DNA from: Chlorokybus atmophyticus
Lineage: Eukaryota > Plantae > Mesostigma and Chlorokybus algae
Reading direction: 5' to 3'
Assembly: GCA_009103225.1 (NCBI GenBank)
Contig: RHPI01000575.1
Coordinates: 350,258 to 414,257 of the forward strand
DNA length: 64,000 nt
Notes under the pieces: generated by a model
Told to the model about the DNA's origin: nothing
Seen by the model: only the letters and a program-made list of their open reading frames with translations
Databases searched by the model: none
Program-made: the position numbers and the translations under genes
In this document: positions 62,813 through 64,000 of the stretch, piece by piece
How the letters are laid out: each line of letters begins with the position of its first letter
Position numbering within the stretch: the stretch's first letter is position 1

Positions 62813-63697
62813 TGTTGAAGGACTAGCATGCACATGTAGTTGAGGCAAGCATAGACACACAGAGACAGAGCTACCGCCACCAGAGCATACACAAGTCACA
62901 TCACATTCATCTATTACAAGTTGTCCGCTGGTTCTTATACCAGCCAGTTACACACACGTCTACGTTTGCAAGCACTGCGTAAGCTATACTCAGCCTTTTG
63001 ACGCGCTCTAAGCTGCGTTGTCTTTCTTACAACCAGAGCTTTCCAACAAGCTCTTACACGCCTAATATGAGTAAGTATACGCGGAGATACGAAGCAGTTA
63101 GTAAGGCTCCAGTCTGGAGTCCGGAGTCTGGTCCGACGATGCCATCTTGCTAAGTCCGGACCTAGTGCTCGTCCTTACGACCTTCTACTCCTGTGTGGAG
63201 GGTCGATGCTGATCGTATGTAGGAATACTCTCAACACGCAGCCAAGGACAACTGCAACAAGCTCGAGCCCGAGCCTAAACGCTGAAGAAGACTCTCCTAC
63301 ACCGTACGATGAGTCTCAGGAGACTTTCACCAAAGAAGTGGCCTTTCAGGAGCCATCCGAGCGTCGCTGGAGCGCACAAGTAGCAGCACACATGCTGCTG
63401 ACTAGGCCTCAGCTCACTGCACACTTCCCTGTCTACAAAGACCAGGCTACAGTGCAGGAGCAGTACCACATAGCTACGGGAGTTGTGGAGTTCCACATGT
63501 TCCGCCGACAACAAGGCATCACCGTGCTGGAGTTGTTCGGAGGCACAGGCAGTGGGCTTGCGGCTGTCCTCAACACAGGAACAACAGTCACCAAGTACCT
63601 CTACTGTGACCCTAACCCTCATGCACAGGAGGCTCTGAGCCATCATTTACGACATCTGCACCAGCGCTACCCGCAGCAGCTACCACTGTCGGCACTG

Positions 63698-64000
63698 TGT
63701 TGAAGGACTAGCATGCACATGTAGCTGAGGCAAGCATGGACACACAGAGACAGAGCTACCGCCACCAGAGCATACACAAGTCACATCACATTCATCTATT
63801 ACAAGTTGTCCGCTGGTTCTTATACCAGCCAGCTACACACACGTNATTTGCAAGCACTGCGTAAGCTATACTCAGCCTTTTGACGCGCTCTAAGCTGCGT
63901 TCTCTTTCTTACAAGCAGAGCTTTCCAACAAGCTCTTACACGCCCAATATGAGTAAGTATACGCGGAGATACGAAGCAGTTAGTAAGGCTCCAGTCTGGA
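63698..64000 (-). mobile_element. Third LTR of the same Copia family (solo LTR or end of another element), truncated by the window end
   Basis: tgttgaaggactagcatgcacatg begins at 63698, directly after Gypsy ...ggcactg, inside the DNMT coding region. Confidence 0.93.

Larger units (their letters stand above)
58332..63236 (-). mobile_element. Full-length Ty1/Copia LTR retrotransposon with 424-bp LTRs and a 5-bp TSD (CGCAG)
   Basis: LTRs at 58332-58755 and 62813-63236 run TGTTGA..TCAACA. CGCAG lies at 58327-58331 and 63237-63241. The corresponding empty site in Gypsy copy 1 reads cccgaatgcagccaagg. Confidence 0.98.
56723..63697 (+). mobile_element. Second, inverted, partial copy of the DNMT-Gypsy (ORF2 with protease at 56723-58331; DNMT start at 63237-63697), interrupted by Copia insertions
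   Basis: The translation is near-identical to copy 1 (GVIAPLLPALVEDL...VMLDTGAQ...RVPRARTQ|PRTTATSSS...VLELFGGTGSG...QQLPLSAL). Confidence 0.93.

Overview
Eukaryotic, intron-rich genomic DNA. CA/TG-rich short introns, AAACCCTA telo-boxes and plant-type genes suggest a green or streptophyte alga (inference). There are two N-gaps (39744-39982 and 56056-56722). The window has three zones. (1) 1339-10143: a complete 8.8-kb Mutator-like element with TIRs and a 9-bp TSD. Its spliced + strand gene appears to fuse a YqaJ/lambda-exonuclease domain and two SH3/KOW-like barrels to a MULE DDE transposase with two SWIM fingers. It also carries a convergent accessory gene and a 185-bp copy of the neighbouring kinesin gene. 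(2) About 11-44 kb: host genes, mostly in divergent pairs: kinesin-5, a CSB/ERCC6-like SNF2 ATPase, an E2F/DP-family gene, an ARMT1/DUF89 phosphatase, two coiled-coil proteins and a PA28/REG proteasome activator. (3) About 46.7-64 kb: a retrotransposon nest. A Ty3/Gypsy element encodes Gag, then via a TGATG stop-start a polyprotein with protease, C5-cytosine DNA methyltransferase, RT, RNase H, integrase and a PHD finger. Its gag is broken by a perfectly palindromic 74-bp TG..CA insertion with a 5-bp TSD, and its DNMT by one in-frame TAG. A second, inverted copy of the Gypsy is interrupted by a full-length Copia with an intact ORF and by a further LTR of the same Copia family. All domain calls come from motifs read by eye; no database searches were run.
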